NCBI GenBank assembly: GCA_951406725.2
Contig: OX597815.1
Location: 173,352,001 to 173,416,000 of the forward strand
Source of the DNA: Octopus vulgaris
Lineage: Eukaryota
Length of the DNA: 64,000 nucleotides
Reading direction: 5' to 3'
Shown here: piece by piece, positions 52,534 through 64,000 of the stretch
Layout: each line of letters opens with the position of its first letter
How positions within the stretch are numbered: position 1 is the first letter of the stretch
Position numbers and translations under genes: made by a program
The notes under the pieces: generated by a model
Told to the model about the DNA's origin: nothing
The model's database searches: none
Seen by the model: the letters and a program-made list of their open reading frames with translations, nothing else

Positions 52534-54929
52534 TATATAATGGCTAAGTTAAATGAATGCAAGATTTAATAGGTTTAATTGAAAAAGACTGTTAGAATGT
52601 TTTCAAAGAATGTTTGACTAATCAAATGTGCTTTAAAACAGATCTAAAAATTATTTTGAGCAATTTTCAATGCAAGGCTAAAAGTTAAGAAGAGACAAGA
52701 TGAATCCAAGCCAGAAGTTAACATTCTCTTACTTTAACTACTTATTGATTATGAGGCTTTGTATATTCAGACAGTATTTAACAACTTTCATGATAGTTAA
52801 CAGGTTTATTTTATTTTATATGCATAAAATATCTCAGGTTGACTTTGCCTTGAATTTCATGATAGTATTTATATAGAAATTGAAGATATGATTGATATGG
52901 CGAATATATGATGAATATATGAATTGATGATTTTATTTTTTTTAAGCTACATCTAGAAATTACATATTCATAAGTCTTTCCAGTTCAGAAAACAAGTGCT
53001 GTTCAACATTAGCAAAATCAATTCAAAATAAATCTGAATTTCTTTTCTTATAAATATATTTATGATCAACTAACATTTATATGATAATTATTAATATGAC
53101 AATGATTATATATGGCAGATGATAGTACTTTCTACAGCTGTTGACATAACAGAAGGTGTAAAATATTTAACTTCATACTTGAGTAAAAAAAATATCCTAA
53201 CTTTGAAATATCTTTTGCTTTAATTTAATATCTGAAATTATACAACTGGCCATTTCTTTTGATCAGTAGAATTTTTCATGTCCTAGCAGTATCTAACTCT
53301 ATAGTTATGCTTTTCACATTTGTTAAGTTTGCTCTGCCATTTCCATCAGGATTTCTAAGCTGGCTTTGGTAAAAGATCTTGTTAATTTCCAATAAAAGAA
53401 ATAATTTTTATATTTCCAAGCACATAAATTCTATGTTTGATCTCAGCAATTTATTATATATTTCACCAAAGAGAAACATAATTATATCAAACTGGCCATT
53501 TACACCAATGGTTCATACTAAAATGCTACTATTTCTAGAAATCTATATCCATTAACATTAATGAAAAGTTGATTGAAGTGTTTTTAATTAAACTATAGTA
53601 GCATAGTGATTCACAAGGCTCAGTTGGAGAACTATGATGTGTGAAGAAAAATATGCTATAAACACTTTCTCGGTATCTTTTAAAAATTTCTCTGTATTTC
53701 AATAAAATTTGATGTAAAGATTAAAATAAATAGTTTTTGAAATTATGCTAAAAGAGGAAGACAGGACTCTCATTTATATAAGGAAAATTGAATTAATTTA
53801 GTTTGTGAGATGGTAAAATGAAGTCTTGAGGACTAATATGATTTTTATTATTAGTTACAATAAATTCAATGACTGATGTAAAAGCAAGAACTGATGTTAA
53901 GAATTAATACTTGCATTTTTCTATAAATATATTTACTTTTAAAGGGAAAGATGCATTTGTGTAGTTATTGGAAATAACTTCCTTTTTGAAGCAAAGTCAA
54001 ATTAAAGGAAAATTATCATTTATGAATGAAATTAAGTTTTCAATTATAAGGGATAGATATAAATAACAATAACATATGTTATAAAGTAATGTGCAAAGTA
54101 GGCAAACTTATGAAAGTAAAGAAAAATGACAAAGTTTTGACTCTGATTTGAGAAACTACTTTCAAATGTTTTCACTTGCAAACAGTCAAGATAGGAAATT
54201 TCTTCAATGCACAATCAAATTTCTAAAGCACAAATTCTCTTTAATAGGTTCATGATCATATTTTTAATGGAATACATGGTTCATATGGTTTAATTAACTT
54301 TTCTAAATAATGAAGAACTTGGTAGGACTTAGTAAAATAAATATTAATGCATATTTAGAATATAACAGCAAGTTTATAACATAAAATTATGATGGAACAC
54401 ATTAAAATGAATAGCTTTGTATCATAGAAGAGAGAGAGAGAGAGTCAAGAGTAACTCTACTCCTGAACACTTTCCCCCATTCAAGCAATATTGCGTCATC
54501 TTTCAAACTTACACAAGCTATGGGAAAAATAACATTTAAAAAATATTCTGTAGTTATTGAGGATCAGAAAACTTAAGTTTTGTTCTACTGATTAAAAGAA
54601 ACTTATATACAGTCTTGAAGAGCAACTAAACAATTACAATAAAAAATATACTTTATATTGAAGTACTGGTTCAATAATCTGATATCATATACCACTACTC
54701 ACAAGTCATATAATTTAGACTGTATAAACTCAAAGCCTACACTTTATTCACATTTACCAACAATTCAAATACTGGATTGGTTTTCAGCTTGTGGATTTCA
54801 TATATTTTCTTCTATTATAATACCACTACCTTTTTAATTTTACAATTCAAGATCACATGCAATAATTAACTACAATAACTGTAATCAGTTATTTTTATCA
54901 TCTAGTCTGTGTAAGTTTACATACATGCG

Positions 54930-54961
<32 letters not shown>

Positions 54962-55159
54962 TAGGTGCAGGAGTGGCTTCATAGGTGCAAGGGTGGCTGT
55001 GTAGTAAGAAGCTTGCATATAACCTAATGCAAAATTTACATTGGTATGAATTACATTTTGTATATAATCTTCAATTAATAAATGACATCGCTGAAAACGT
55101 TCTCCATTATTCAATTATAAGGTTAACAACAATAATAACAAAATTAAGTTTGTACTTAC

Positions 55160-55314
55160 TTTGTTGTTAAGTTTGACCAACGCTTTAGTAACTTATCTAG
55201 TAGATCCTGTAAATGTCTTGTATCTTCTGTACTATATTCTTCTAGTAACTTGTTAACTAATTGTCTAAGATTTTCTAATGATGGCTTCTTTTGATTGACT
55301 TCATCTTGTAAAAT
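55160..55314 (-). CDS. DMD: Dystrophin internal coding exon, equivalent to human DMD exon 54 (spectrin repeat)
   Basis: Minus strand reads ctttctttttccag|ATTTTACAAG...ACAACAAA|gtaagtac; 155 bp, phase 0 to 2, open frame ILQDEVNQKKPSLENLRQLVNKLLEEYSTEDTRHLQDLLDKLLKRWSNLTT(K). It aligns without gaps to my recollection of human exon 54 (QLAKDLRQWQTNVDVANDLALKLLRDYSADDTRKVHMITENINASWRSIHKR, 155 bp), including the KLL.EYS..DTR motif and the repeat Trp. Confidence 0.92.
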
Positions 55315-57554
55315 CTGGAAAAAGAAAGGTACAAAATTAATTATTAGTATTGGTTATAAAAAGTTATTGCAATAAAAATGACAAAAAATAAGAACAATGA
55401 GAAAAATTAAACTGAAGCTTGGCACAAAACCTACTGTTTAACATTCTGTTTTAGAACAAAACCAATATTACACTAAACAATAGTGTGGCATGAAGTGCAA
55501 TAATTGGTACTAATACAATTCTTAAGAGTGAAATTTACCTAGGAATGGTGGGGGATGGTAGGAAAGATAGACAGATATAGAGAGTGAGAGAGAGCAAGAG
55601 AATTACATTTGATAGTTATTGTATACAAGCTTAAAAACCGCACTCCATGTGCACTTTTAAGCTAGTTTCTGCTAGGGTCTAATTGGGCATGCAGCCCAAA
55701 ACTAAACAAAGCTAAACAACATGACTACAATACGTCTATAATGGCTATCTGCTCTGGTGGTGTTTGGTCAGAGGTTAAGGACAGATGAGAATTAATTCTG
55801 TAATGCAAATCATTCTATTGTTCCAGTCCCAAGTTGAATTCCAACTGTTGGCCAATTTGTCTTAAAGTTTTTATCTTGACATAAAACCAACAAGGTGAAT
55901 GTCATTTGTCTCCCCTTTGATCTCTGACATCATCTGACAATTGCTAACCAAGATGGTGTGAATCAGCTAAGCTTTACCTGTTGGAAATAGCAACCCAAAT
56001 GCTTTTAAATCAGATCCCAATGCTGAATGTTCAAAACCAAATGAAGGGCAGATTTTCTATCCAAAAAGGTATAATATGTCTATGTAGAGCAAATGTAGAC
56101 TGAGATACAGGGATACCAGATGGACAGACAGAATTTTGCTTTTATCATTATAAATAACAATTTTTTTAATTGAAAGGAAGCCAAATAATATCATATGTAA
56201 AATTTTTTTGGACTATTGATATGACAATGAAGTCTTTTTTTAAAAAAATATTTATATGTATATTGATTAATTTGGTCCTTTTTTAAAGGATGGCATACAT
56301 GTAAATATTGGCAAATGTTTTACCACTAATGATGTGATAAATAAGCCCAAAAGTTTCAATCTGGTTTACAACAATCCAAATGAAACATTTTCATAGGAAG
56401 AAGAAGAAAAGAAAAACCTTGAGAAGAGGGAAAACTGCACACACAAGCCATCTTAAAAGTGATTACAAAACTGACAAAAATTATTTTCTAAAAGTACACT
56501 TTGTTTCTTAGAAAACATAATACTGTGTTTTTGGCCTTATGACTAGCATGTATTTGACATGATGAAGGACCGCTTTAACAATAAAATCATTCATGTAAAT
56601 AGTGTGGTACAAGGGTACAAGACGGCTGCATCAAATTAGTTCATTAAATTATTACTAAAGTCAGATAAATCCATTTTACAAGTCTGATGTTGGCAGTACA
56701 TACTGGATGCATTGGGGAAACATTTGCATGAAAATCTATTTAGAAAACGAAGTTATTGAGATTTGGTCATCACAATTTGTATATTAGCTGCAATAGGAAA
56801 GTTACCTGATATTGGCTGATAATATGAAAAAGTGGCAAGATCAAAATTGACTTTTCGATGTCAGGAAATATAGCAGGATTTAAAATCCTCTAAGTTAATT
56901 TCAAAAGATTTGTTTGATAGGTTGGCAAGAATCAGTGACAGATCACAAAGACTTTTTGAAAGTGAATTATAAATCAAATTATGAAATAATTTCTCATAAG
57001 TGTTTGGTGTATGTTGGAACAGTACTATTAAAGCAATATATTTACCAATAACCTCAATTGATTAATTGTTAAGTCTAAGTTATAGAAAAAAGATTATCAG
57101 CTGAACCATGGTCAATTACATAAAAGTTACTACCTCAATATGTACAAAACTTCAATGAAGTTGAAAGAAGAGAAAAAGAAAGTAGGTTTTATTGAGGAAC
57201 ACAAGCAATTATGAATGAATGATAATTTTGATTTAAATTTAGTTTTATCTAAAACTAATAAACATTCATTAAAAATAAAATGATGCAATACTGTAAAAGT
57301 TATATCTGTTGAACTATTCAATATTGCCACAATTTCTAGGTTAAAATAAATATAAATATTTTTTAAATATTCACAATGTAAATATTTAGCTGCATACCTA
57401 GAATTAATTAAATAAAATTTCACCATAATGATTGTTTCAAATAACATGATAAATGAAAAAGTAAAAATACAGCTATGCAGGAGCTTAACTGACATCTGCA
57501 CACATGTATCCATATATGTAAGCGGAGTGTGTGTATAAACATACAAATATACAA

Positions 57555-57587
<33 letters not shown>

Positions 57588-57589
57588 GT

Positions 57590-57762
57590 ACCAATTGCAT
57601 GTAAAAAGCATCCATTACACCCTTGGAGTGGTTGTCATTGAGAAAGGCATCCAACTATAGAAACCATGCCAGATCTGAATGAAACTTTTTGCAGCTCTCT
57701 GCCTTACCAGTTTCAGTCAAACTGTCTTTCCTATGCCAGCATGGAAAGCAGACATTAATGAT
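57590..57762 (+). mobile_element. SINE 3' tail fragment
   Basis: gaaaggcatccaactatagaaaccatgccagat...atgccagcatggaaagcagacattaatgat; same as 7900-8040. Confidence 0.7.
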
Positions 57763-57767
57763 ATATA

Positions 57768-57940
57768 TAGGGAGAGTTTATGAAAAAAACAAAAGACGAA
57801 GACAGGTGGTGTACAAAACAAAACAGATGTATTAGAATAACGCTCAGGAATAGAAAAAGTCTTTTACATTTCGAGCCTACGCTCTTCTACAGAAAGGGAC
57901 ACAGAAAAAAACAATGAGAAAAACAAGGAGAGAAAAAATA
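57768..57940 (-). mobile_element. Short Penelope-type repeat with hammerhead-like motif (57861-57896)
   Basis: Minus strand cttt-ctgtaga-a-gagc-gtag-gctc-gaaa-tg-ta-aaag; homologous to 7461-7648; TA-rich flanks. Confidence 0.55.
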
Positions 57941-58329
57941 TATAAAATCATCATTATATATATATATATTTTCACACACATATATATATGCCAGTGTTTT
58001 TGAAGGTTGGGTGTGGCAATATTTTGGTGGGGCATAGTACTACAGAACTAGATGTAAATAGTTAAAAAGTGAACAAAACTTGCAATAACATTTTGATTAA
58101 AACTTGTCTGGAACACATGCACACACAAATGTATATCAAGTTGTACAGAAAGTTCTGTCCAATTATGAGTTTGAGCTTGTTGAAACCAGTATTTTTTCTT
58201 TTGAAAAATGAAAGCTATAAACATTCGCGGCATTAATTGACGCACAATAATTTCACAAGGAGTTCTTATAAAGCAACAACCATATTTTAGTATACTAATT
58301 TTCTGTATGAAGAATCTTTTATAAAACTA

Positions 58330-59588
58330 CATCGAATGCAACAAATTTGTCACATTATACTTCACAAGTTTCTTGAGATTTTAATGCAGCAAATCAGCCA
58401 GAAATATTCAAGATGGAGTGAATGAAAATATGGAGAAGCTAGATTGAAAAATTCAGATGTGGCAATTTCAATTTCATTGAATGAACCTAGATCGAAATAA
58501 CCTGAATTGGATGATGTAATGCTAGAGACAACACTTGCAAAGAATCTTGCTGTGACAGTGAAAGAGAGCTTTCCAGTGGATTTAATATTAGCATTATGAA
58601 CATTCATAATCACTTGAAAAAGATAGGTAAACTTTCAAAATGAGGCAAATGGACTCATGCTATTTCAGCAGCAAATTATCACCAAAGGCCTGACTGCTGA
58701 GAATCACTCCATTCATGTAAACTCCAAAGACCATCTTTAAACTAGTACATGACTGGGTATGAGAACTGGATTTTTTACAGCAATGTTAAACACTGCAGAC
58801 AGTAATTGAACCTAAATCCTAAATGTGTAACACATTTGCAAGGGGGACTTCATCCAAAGTAAATTTTACTATGTGTTTAGAGTAGCGTTTCTACACTGGG
58901 GTTCCCCGGAAACATAGGATTCCGCAAGAAAGAGTGAGATAATGCTAATTTCATGATATATTTATATATTTACCTTATGTACTATGATGAAAAAAATATG
59001 AGAAAAATATGGTACATAATTTTTTTGTGCAGGGGTTCCTGGAGACATGCAATTTATTTTAAGGGTTACGCAAGGTTAAAAAGGTTTAGAGGGATAGAGA
59101 AAAAAAATTCATTATGAGCCTTAGGGTGAAATAAAATAATCACTTGTGACATCTTCTGTCAGTAACTTCATGGCTTGAAGAATCACTTTGGATGGAAACT
59201 TCCTGTCTTAATAAATCACAGAAAAGTGGTTTTCTTCCATCAAGATAACGCAAAAACTACACAAGTTACTAAAAATGTTCTGGGTGGTGAAAAAATGCTC
59301 CACTCTCCATATTCTCCAAACCATGTTCCATCAGACTTCCACTTATTTAGATTGTTGCCAAATCATTTAGATAGACAGCAGGGAAGTTACAGAAAATGAC
59401 TTAAATATATTTTTTAATTCAAAACTCAAGAAATTTTGCAAATCAAATATTCAGAAACTTACAAAAAGATTAAGAGACGAGAGAGAAAACGAGGAAAATT
59501 ATATATGTAGATTAAATCTACAGTATTAAAAACCATGTTTGTACTGTTAAAGACTAAAAACCACAGAGAACTTAAAACACAACCTGAT
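58330..59588 (+). mobile_element. Old mariner transposon with a nested hAT-like MITE (~58881-59090)
   Basis: Transposase remnants TGYENWIFYSN, FFHQDNAK, HSPYSPNHVPSDFHLFR and a 3' TIR-like gaactta..cacaacctga|ta. The insert has ggggttcc subrepeats and an aaaaaggtt end typical of Charlie-like MITEs. The 5' boundary is uncertain. Confidence 0.7.
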
Positions 59589-59743
59589 ATATATAGATGT
59601 ATATATAGATTTCACTTAGGCATTGCGAGACTAATAACCTGGTGGTGATGTCAATATATGTATGTTCAGAACAAAGTGTTAGATGAGTATAGGAGTAGTA
59701 ATAAGAAAAAGAGAGAAACAATGGGTGCGTTATGAACGTCATT

Positions 59744-59824
59744 GACTTACAGCTGTTTCTGCTATTAGATGCAGTGGACTCAAAGTTGAGTGCCTGAATA
59801 ACATCCTATAGCTTCATTGGAGCC
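59744..59824 (-). ncRNA. Second copy of the hammerhead motif with altered core (CCAATGA)
   Basis: Minus strand ggct-ccaatga-a-gctataggatg...catctaatagc-a-gaaa-cagctg-ta-agtc. Confidence 0.55.
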
Positions 59825-61218
59825 TTGGACATGAAGTGCAATTTATTTGGGGGAAAAAAAATAATGAGTGCAATATACAGGGAAGGCATTACCATTGAGA
59901 GTGTCATTTCTGATGTATATAAAAAAGTGTATGTCCAAAAGGCAATTAGATTTACAAGAAGAAAATACAGTTATGGTATATTCCATTAGGAACATGGCAG
60001 AGTACAGTATAAAGCTCATCCAGCCTCAGAATTACCCAATACGATCCAGTAGCATTATTATATACTTCCAGGTTTATGTTGGGTATTCATCATGAGTGAA
60101 TATAAAATTGAAGAAATTGGAATCAACAAAAAGTATGGTTGGGCAGTTATTTTTCAATCACTCTAATTGTTTCCACCCAATGTGGTTTTCCAAAAATACA
60201 GGTATTTGATTATTCAACTGTTAGATATTTACTTATATAACTATGTATATATAAGTGAATAAGTGGATATGTTGATCTCTGTATGTATATGTGTAAACAT
60301 ATGTATTTGTAGTATATATGGATGCCTAAATATATGTATATATATATATTACCGTCTAACCCGTGCAAGCGTGGAAAACGGACGTTAAATGATGATATGC
60401 GTGTGTACGTGAATGTGTATGTATGTAGCATATGTGAGCATATCTGTGTGTGTATATAGGCATATATACATGGGGTTGTTTGTGTGTGGGAGGGTATGTG
60501 TGAGTGTATATATGTATGTATCTGAATGCATGTGTATATGAGTATATGTGAGCATATCTGTGTGTATAAAGACATATATACATAGGTTTGCTTGTATGTA
60601 GGAGGGCATGTGTGAGTCTCTGTGTGTGTATGTATCAGACCACTGAATACTGAAGATCAGCTAATAAAAATTGCACGTGCAGCCAACCATGAAGAACAGG
60701 TCAGCAATTAGCCGATACCAAAACAGATATCCACTACCATACACTGGTAGCAAACAACATGAATCTACCAACTGCTGCAAAATTCAAACCAAGATGGGTG
60801 AATGAGATGATCTTGAAGTCAAAGATTTTAAACAAATGGAGACAACACTTGAATATCACCTGAGGAAACACAACTGGATCCCCTTACGCAAACAAACAAT
60901 TGCATAATTAAATACGTGTATTTTAGGAGAACCACACTGGGTGGAAACAAATTGTAGTGATTAAAAAATAACTGTTCCAATCATATTCCTTCTTGTTGAC
61001 TCCAATTTCTTCAATTATATATGTGTGTGTGTGTGTGTAAGTATACATATATATATATATATATTTATGCACATGCACACACCCAAAAAGCACATGCAGA
61101 CACACACACACACAAATGTATATACATCAGTAATGACTTTCTCACTGGTAATGCCTTCCTAGTATATTGCCCAAATGTAATTCTTTTTGTTCCCAAATAA
61201 ACTGCACTTCATACCCAA

Positions 61219-61299
61219 GGCTCTGATGAAGCTATACGATGTTATTCAAGCACTCAACTTTGAGTCCACTGCATATTATAGCAGAAACAGCTGTAAGCT
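61219..61299 (+). ncRNA. Minimal type I hammerhead ribozyme motif
   Basis: Stem I GGCT/AGCT; core CTGATGA (61223-61229); stem II GCTATA/TATAGC enclosing hairpin actcaa-ct-ttgagt; GAAA (61284-61287); palindromic stem III ACAGCTGT; GUA cleavage triplet ending at 61295. Confidence 0.68.
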
Positions 61300-61384
61300 A
61301 ATGAAGTTTATAACATAACCATCGTCTTTCCTGTGTCATCTCTTTTCCTTACACACATATATAAAGTGTTCCACAGAATAGCTT

Positions 61385-62580
61385 GATGTGTGATATGGTG
61401 GTCTCGGAGTAAGCTAGGGGTAGACAAATAGTTTGTGACAACTGTACAGGCCATAAACATGGGTGCTGTTAAAAAAGCAAGTGTTAGTCATGAGTACAGT
61501 GACAATTTTAGTGCAAAAATAGGTGTTCACTAAGGCTTGGTTCTCAGCACCCTCCTATTCATCATCGTCCTCTAGGTCATAACAGTAATTTAAGACATGA
61601 AGGCGATGGGAACTACTAAATGCTGATGATCTTGTATTCATAGCAGAATCTGTAACAGAGCTAGAAAAGAAATTCCAGATGTGGAAACAAAACCTGGAAT
61701 CAAAGGGTTTTAAAATTGACTTAGCAAAAACCAAAGTCCTAATATGCAATATGTCAGACAGGACCCTACCTCCTTCAGGTAAATGACCCTGCTCAATATG
61801 TAGGAAAGGTGTAGGCAGACAACCCATTCAGTGTATCCAGTACAAGCTATGGACGCACAAGGCATGTGGTGGAATAGTAGAAAGGTTAACAGAGAAAGTA
61901 GTGTTTGTATATGGAAGATGTACAAGAGTCATAAAGACTACAGTTGCACAGGAAACTGATTCCCTCAAATGTCTGGAGGCTCTCTGGAACTAGTAGATAA
62001 TTTCTGCTACTTAGGCGACCTAATTAGCATTGGAGGATGATGCAACAACAATGTAAATTGCTAGAATAAGAATAGGACGGTAATGGTTCAGAGAGTTTTT
62101 AATCTTTGTTGATAAAAAAGAATCTTTCTTTCTGAGTGAAAAGAAAAATGTATAATGCATGTGTACGAACTGCGATGTTACAGTGCAGACATAGGCTCTG
62201 AATGCAGAGGACATGTGAAGACTAGAGAGAGCAAAGCTGATATACTCCACTGGATGTGCAATGTTAGTGTACATGTGTGACAGAGCACTGGCGTATAGAA
62301 AAAAAAGTTAGGTAAGAGAGAAGACTGTGCTGGTTTGGTCATGCAATGTGGATGAGGACAGTTGCATAAAGATGTGTCAATGACTCAAAGTGGAGGGAAG
62401 TTGTGGAACTGGGAGACCACAGAAGACGTGGGATAAAATATTGAAGGCCAATCTCAAAATGCTGGGCCTTGTGAAGGAGATGACAAAGGACCAAGACGTG
62501 TGGCACATTGCTGTACTCAAGAAGACCTGCCCAGCACAACAGAACTGATATCCTAGACTCAAAGTGCCACCTAAAAATCA
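61385..62580 (+). mobile_element. RTE-clade LINE, RT domain to 3' end, decayed
   Basis: IGVH*GLVLSTLLFIIVL, WELLNADDLVFIAES, LESKGFKIDLAKTKVL, a PHD-like Cys/His block, LELVDNFCYLGDLI, RLCWFGH, GTGRPQKTWDKILKANLK. Confidence 0.88.
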
Positions 62581-62589
62581 ATGGTGATG

Positions 62590-64000
62590 TGGGCCCCTGA
62601 AACCAGGCTGTTGCAGTAACTGGTCCTGAAGCGCTGGGATCTTTGGCACTATGCAGTGCCAACCCATTCTGGCATTGGTGTAGCTTTCGATGCCAAAATT
62701 CCAGCTGTATATTAATGCATACCTCTCCTGCCTTCGCTCCAGGGAATAGGGTCTTAGTTGTTTTAGCCTTTCCCAGTAACTGAGCTGTTGCAATGAGACA
62801 ATCTTCTTTGTGAAGCTCTGCTGTTAATTTTACACTGTTGGGTGACCATAGCTGGGAGCAGTAATCCAGGCAGCTGAGGACAAATGTTCCCCAGAGGACC
62901 ATCATGGCTTCCTTTTCTCTGGTTCTGAACGTTCTCAGGATCCATCTAGCCAGTCATCAGCACTTAATTTGCCATTCTAGAAATGTGCACTTGGAAAGAG
63001 GCATTATCATTCATGTCGATACCCAGGTCCCTCACTAATTTAAGCTCTGGGAATGTAATCCCCTGTGGACCAGTGTACCCTGTAAGTTTCATATTCAGTT
63101 TGGATGCTGGTAGTGCAGGGATTGGTATTTTTCAGCATTAAACTGCATATTATTATCCTCAGCCCATTTGTAAATTGAGTCCAACTTCTGCTGCATGTGT
63201 GCAACAACGCTGGGGTTCAGTATTTTCTGCAAGACTTTCATATTGTCTGCCTAGCTAGCAAGGGTTGCTATCTGGGTAGTTGAAGGCATATCTGAGAGGG
63301 CCGCTATGAAAAGCAGTGGTCCCAAGACAGTGCCCTGTGGAACACCATTCACTATTTGTGTTTTCATTAAGGTGGCTACATTGGTTACTACTGCCTGAGT
63401 TCTATCTTTCAGAAAGTCATATACCACTTTCCTAGCTTTGCCAAGATCATGCAGTTTGTGGCATATTATACCATGATCAACTTTATCAAAAGCTTTTGCA
63501 AAGGTATATTACATCCACATTTGAGTTGTTGAGTAAATGCCTCAACACCTAATCAGTGCCATAAGAGCTGGGTCAGGCAGCTCCTACTTGGTCGAAAGCT
63601 ATGCTGGGTATCACTAAGTAAGTTGTTTTCTTCAAGGAACGCGATTAGTTTCCTTCTGACTATCCGTTCCATGACTTTGCTGATGTGTGATATCAGAGAG
63701 ATAGGCCTATAGTTTTTGGCATCTGCTCTGGTTCTCCCTTTATGGATTAGACATATTATTCCCTCCTTCAGTTTGCTTGGCAGCCTGCCTTTTGCAAGAA
63801 AGCTCTGGAAGAGAATCTGCAGATGTTTCGCCAGAGCATGCTTACACGATTTGAGAAGGATTGCTGGGAAACCATCAGGACCATCAGTTGAGTTTGCATC
63901 CACCTCATCTATGGCTAGTAGTATATTTTCTTCGCTAATGTTGATGTAATCCATCATAACTGCCTTGTTGGTTATAGGTGAGGCAGCAAAGAAATCCACT
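62590..64000 (-). mobile_element. CR1-clade LINE ORF2 (RT and C-terminus), decayed, runs off window
   Basis: GPDGFPAILLKSC, NYRPISLISHISKVMERIV, QHSFRPSRSCLTQLL, FAKAFDKVDH, GVPQGTVLGPLLF, LDYCSQLWSP, LSYWERLKQLRPYSLERRQER. Confidence 0.9.

Larger units (their letters stand above)
59660..61355. mobile_element. Penelope-like inverted-repeat structure (arms ~59660-59920 and ~60100-60205 versus ~60915-61017 and ~61120-61355)
   Basis: Two blocks occur as reverse complements on either side of a microsatellite-rich centre. The outer block of each arm carries a hammerhead motif with palindromic stem III. Inverted pseudo-LTRs with hammerheads are characteristic of Penelope-like elements. No RT or GIY-YIG coding sequence was recognised. 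Confidence 0.65.

Noticed and set aside
60210-60630. Overlapping His/Thr/Tyr/Ile-rich ORFs (also near 6937, 19230, 32651 and 57130)
   Set aside because: They are translations of (CA)n/(TA)n microsatellite-rich DNA.

Overview
This is an AT-rich, microsatellite- and transposon-dense animal genomic window. Its SINE families point to an octopus (coleoid cephalopod); that assignment is inference from recognised repeats. The window appears to lie inside a dystrophin (DMD-like) gene on the minus strand. Two spectrin-repeat exons (55160-55314, 155 bp; 39895-40084, 190 bp) match human DMD exons 54 and 55 in sequence, length and phase. The next intron runs at least 39.9 kb and I could not find an exon-56 equivalent by eye. 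That intron contains a CpG-retaining, repeat-poor island (about 19.3-20.4 kb) with a candidate internal first coding exon ending in a phase-0 donor, i.e. a putative Dp116-like short isoform, with two overlapping alternative frames. The introns also carry a decayed Gypsy element with discordant LTRs, two Helitron families (one nested), mariner/hAT/piggyBac elements, RTE (PHD-like finger inside the RT), CR1 and R4/Dong LINE fragments, and many tRNA-derived SINEs including a head-to-head fold-back pair. There is also a circularly permuted tRNA-like repeat and two families of Penelope-type repeats carrying minimal hammerhead-ribozyme motifs. Most ORFs in the supplied track are spurious or transposon-derived. 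Repeat boundaries were read by eye and are approximate unless termini are quoted.
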